NCBI RefSeq assembly: GCF_003918875.1
Contig: NW_025767079.1
Coordinates: forward strand, 6,448,001-6,512,000
DNA length: 64,000 nt
Origin: Haliotis rubra
Taxonomy: Eukaryota
Direction: 5' to 3'
Under the pieces are notes generated by a model. It was not told the DNA's origin. It saw nothing but the letters and a program-made list of their open reading frames with translations, and searched no databases. Both the position numbers and the translations under genes were made by a program. Shown here one piece after another: positions 60,655-64,000 of the stretch. Position 1 is the first letter of the stretch. Every line of letters begins with the position of its first letter.

Positions 60655-61527
60655 CTTTATCAGCATTACGTCCTCTGCATCCAGTAAAAGGCTTTGAGGT
60701 ACTGCTTTGTAATCTCCAGCTTAAAATAGGTTTGTTTACTAACAGTGTTGATAGGCAGCTCGAAAACATTAAACCACAAAAATCGGCAACAACAAATTTG
60801 AGCTGAATCTCGGAAATGCACAGTAGGATCTCAAGGTCAAACATTCATTTGCCTGCACGTGCACGATCGCCTCACGTCTGCCCGTGGCTGGACTGACCCT
60901 TATTTCCCTACATGAAATGTTGTAATCTTATCAAGGAAACCAAACGATAAAGTCCATGTGTTTATCAGAGATGCAGATCGGAAACATGTTCCAGTTCTGA
61001 CTTTAAACGTTCCCTTTGGGCACTAAGCGCCCCCTGTGAACTCGAGTTCTTATGTGACCTAATTCTTGAGACCGATTCAGTTTGTTGTTGTGGTGCTGAG
61101 CATGTGTTTGTGCCGTGCTGATGGTACATTTGGACATGAACTTAATTTTTTGCCGGCGTGCAGTGTTACACGTTGGCGCGCTGCCAACTTCTGCTGTAGA
61201 TAAGAACATTAAACTGCTTAATCTTTGCAGCGTATATTAGATCTAGCAGCTAAAGCAGAACGTTGTAAACAAACTCGACTTCCCGGAATAGACGGTCCTG
61301 GATGAAACGAAGCGGGGGGAGTTGTGAATGAATGATAGAAGCATCGGTTCTGTTTGATCACTGTTCGGGCGTTTTAATCCGCCCGCCGCAGCTAGGAGGT
61401 TTTTCAGTGGAATGATATTTTTTATGTATTCTGATGAGAAATAACGGTGGAACCTTGATCCCGGGGAGGGAGGGATGGCTTAAGGACAATGTTTGAGTTT
61501 GGACATTAAAAGAAGTGCATTGACCTG

Positions 61528-61787
61528 GTCCCGATTTCTTGAAACAAACTTAAGTTTTTACTCAAATTTCAAACAATTTTGAGTTTGACAATTTGAAACA
61601 GCTGAATTTTTAACTCAACTGCATTTTTGAAATAATAAAACCCAGACAACCTAGGCAATCTGTTTATCAAACTCAAATTGTCTACTATGATTTCAGTTCA
61701 TTCCGGGAAATGCGTTTTCTCAAATTTGAGTAACAACTCAAACTTAAGTCAAAACTCAGACTTAAGTTTGTTTCGAGAACTCGAGGC
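61528..61787. mobile_element. PIF/Harbinger-like MITE (family F)
   Basis: Homologous to 25918-26187; TIRs; CTG TSD. Confidence 0.8.
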
Positions 61788-61952
61788 CTGGTCTGCTCTA
61801 ATTTGGGATCTTCATCAGCAATTCAAGAAAGCTATAGCCTCAGTGATAATCAGGGGATTTGCTTGAGGGTAAAGAAAGAGAAACATACTGACATTTGCAC
61901 TTTGATACTGCCCTGGTTTGCTTTCACAGCGACTTTCCGTTTCATATCAAAA

Positions 61953-62100
61953 GGGTGGCGGGTAAGCCCAGTGGTTAAGCGTTCGCTCGTCACGCCGACG
62001 ACCCGAGTTCGATTCCCAAACTGGTTCAAATATCTTAGGCCTATTTTTGGTCTTCCCTGTTGTAATACTGGTTGAACGTACATAAAAGCGGCGTAAAACC
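61953..62100 (+). mobile_element. Family A SINE, diverged
   Basis: Head and aaaagcggcgtaaaacc tail recognisable. Confidence 0.7.
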
Positions 62101-63068
62101 GTCCACTAAATGTGAATTTTAAAGGAAGACAATATTCGAGTTTCGAATTACCCGGAGTCTATTGACTTTGACAAATCCGGAATTACACCACTTTAGAAAT
62201 GTAGGTTTGTTTATGAGCAGTACTGTACGTTGGCTGCTTTATTGCTGATGATACGTTCACAACGTCATTCATATATGGAATATAACCGATTGCACGACAT
62301 CACTGGATATTTGAAACATCGTGACTTGAATAAACTGTAATTTTGTTTTCCCTCATGAAAATCGGTTATACATCCGCGAAACCTACTCTTTTTACATTTT
62401 GACATTTCGCAATATTTTCTTGTGCCATCTATTACACTGGTGAAAATCATCATTTACAGACGAAAACCGAAACCATTCTCTGAATATTAAACTCAGAAGG
62501 GAGTGATTTCTTTATACATTATATTGTATGTATAGGTAAAAGGTTTTCGGAGACGTTTTATTTATTCTGTTACGTTGATAGCATTTTATTTTCGTTTCTG
62601 CTATTAAAGTAGTTCGGTAATGTTTTCGAAACAGGTTTTTCAATTTAGGGTTGAAAAGAATATTAATCGATGCCTGAATCACATTATGTCAGTGATGTCA
62701 ATGTTCGTGACTGATGACAATATCGTAGATTATATAATTGTGAGTTTGTAATAATGTTTGGGTTTGAAAATTTATTCTAAGTATGTTGACTTTAAATTAT
62801 GCTTTCAACCTTCTCTGCAATCCCAGATTCGCACTTGAAACACAGTGGTAAAGCCGCCACGCTGTTGACAGGAGCGTAAACTCATTCACTTTTTAGATTA
62901 GATCCGGTTTTGATCCGTGATATGTTAACAATTTTTGTGTTCGTATTGTTTGTGTTTCCATGTTACTTCGACATGATTCACATCGGATCGGCCTTTAAAA
63001 TCCAATTGAAGCACTGATTATGACCCTCTCCGTTTATGGTTTATTGTTTTTGGTTTCTGCAAAACGGA

Positions 63069-63235
63069 GAGGCGGTGGGGTAGCCTAGTGGTTAAAGCGT
63101 TCGCTCGTCACGCCGAAGACCCGGGTTCGATTCCCCACATTGGTACAATGTGTGAAGCCTATGTCTGGTGTCCCCCGCCGTGATATTGCTGGAATGTTGC
63201 TAAAAGCGGCGTAAAACTAAACTCACTCACTCACT
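63069..63235 (+). mobile_element. Family A SINE, near-consensus
   Basis: Full-length match. Confidence 0.92.
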
Positions 63236-63536
63236 CTTTAAACAGGTTATTCTGACTTTGACATGCGTCCGATTGGACGTCGAGGACTCTCCTGTGATGC
63301 TGGGGGATGAAGACCTCCACAGTACCCTTCATTGTCGAGAATGCCGATTCATGAAGATATGTTTTTACAATGTGACACTGATTTAAGCGTCATCGTTGGT
63401 CATGCTATCGTCCCTCGGTTGACCCGATGACGGCTTGATTACTGAAATTGTACTTCAAGCGGCAAGAAACAAGATCAGTGTCGAGCTCTATAAAGCTGAC
63501 GAGCTACGATGCAACGGAAACAACGTTCCATATCTT

Positions 63537-63911
63537 CCTGTTTCTTCCAGTGGTGGTGGGATAACCTAGTGGTTAAAGCGTTCGCTCGTCGCGCCTAAGA
63601 CCCGGGTTTGATTCCTCACATGGGTACAATGTGTGAAGCCCATTTCTGGTGTCCCCCGCCGTGATGTTGCTGGAATATTGCTAAAAGCGGCGTAAAACCA
63701 AACTCAGTCAGTCAGTCCTGTTTCTCCCAGTGGCGGTGGGGTAGCCTAGTGGTTAAAGCGTTCGCTCGTCGCGCCTAAGACCCGGGTTTGATTCCTCACA
63801 TGGGTACAATGTGTGAAGCCCATTTCTGGTGTCCCCACCCGTTATATTGCTGGAATATTGCTGGAATATTGCTAAAAGCGGCGTAAAACCCAATTCACTC
63901 ACTCCTGTTTC
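63537..63911 (+). mobile_element. Tandem dimer of family A SINE
   Basis: Two copies (63551-63716, 63731-63903) share private mutations; CCTGTTTC occurs before, between and after them. Confidence 0.9.
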
Positions 63912-64000
63912 GCCTCAGTTACCTAATTGTATCAACTATATCACATTAATATAGATGCAATACTTTCATGCAATCTTAATAACCTAAATTAGCAATAACT

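Noticed and set aside
63495-63530. Hammerhead-like CTGACGAG...GAAAC (also CTGATGAG at 49751 and 61432)
   Set aside because: No pairable stem II or stem I around the core

Overview
Repeat-dense, non-coding stretch of an animal genome, probably a mollusc (inferred from V-domain, Meta-like and Deu/Nin-like SINEs). No intact protein-coding gene is recognisable. Nearly all tracked ORFs are spurious translations of SINEs, satellites or low-complexity DNA, and the only convincing coding remnants are two decayed LINE 3' ends. Contents: (1) about 30 copies or fragments of a ~165-bp tRNA-Asp-like SINE (family A); (2) about 15 copies of a ~245-bp retroposon (family B) that shares A's 3' tail but has a non-tRNA, pseudoknot-capable head with compensatory changes between copies and a strong + strand bias; (3) V-SINE and Meta/Deu-type SINEs; (4) several MITE families with diagnostic target-site duplications (TSDs): 9-bp with TAG..CTA ends, 8-bp hAT-like, 3-bp CTG Harbinger-like, and a 27-bp 7-bp-TSD micro-MITE; (5) Penelope-type minimal hammerhead ribozyme motifs, including U3-A8 core variants arranged as inverted palindromes; (6) seven tandem arrays with units of 16, 28, 28, 31, 42, 25 and 37 bp, one apparently born from the SINE tail and one built of phased palindromic bZIP-type sites; (7) a 186-N assembly gap. 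The best candidates for something new are the structured head of family B (possible uncharacterised ribozyme or RNA element) and the hammerhead-bearing palindromic elements. All alignments and folds were done by eye, and no database searches were run.
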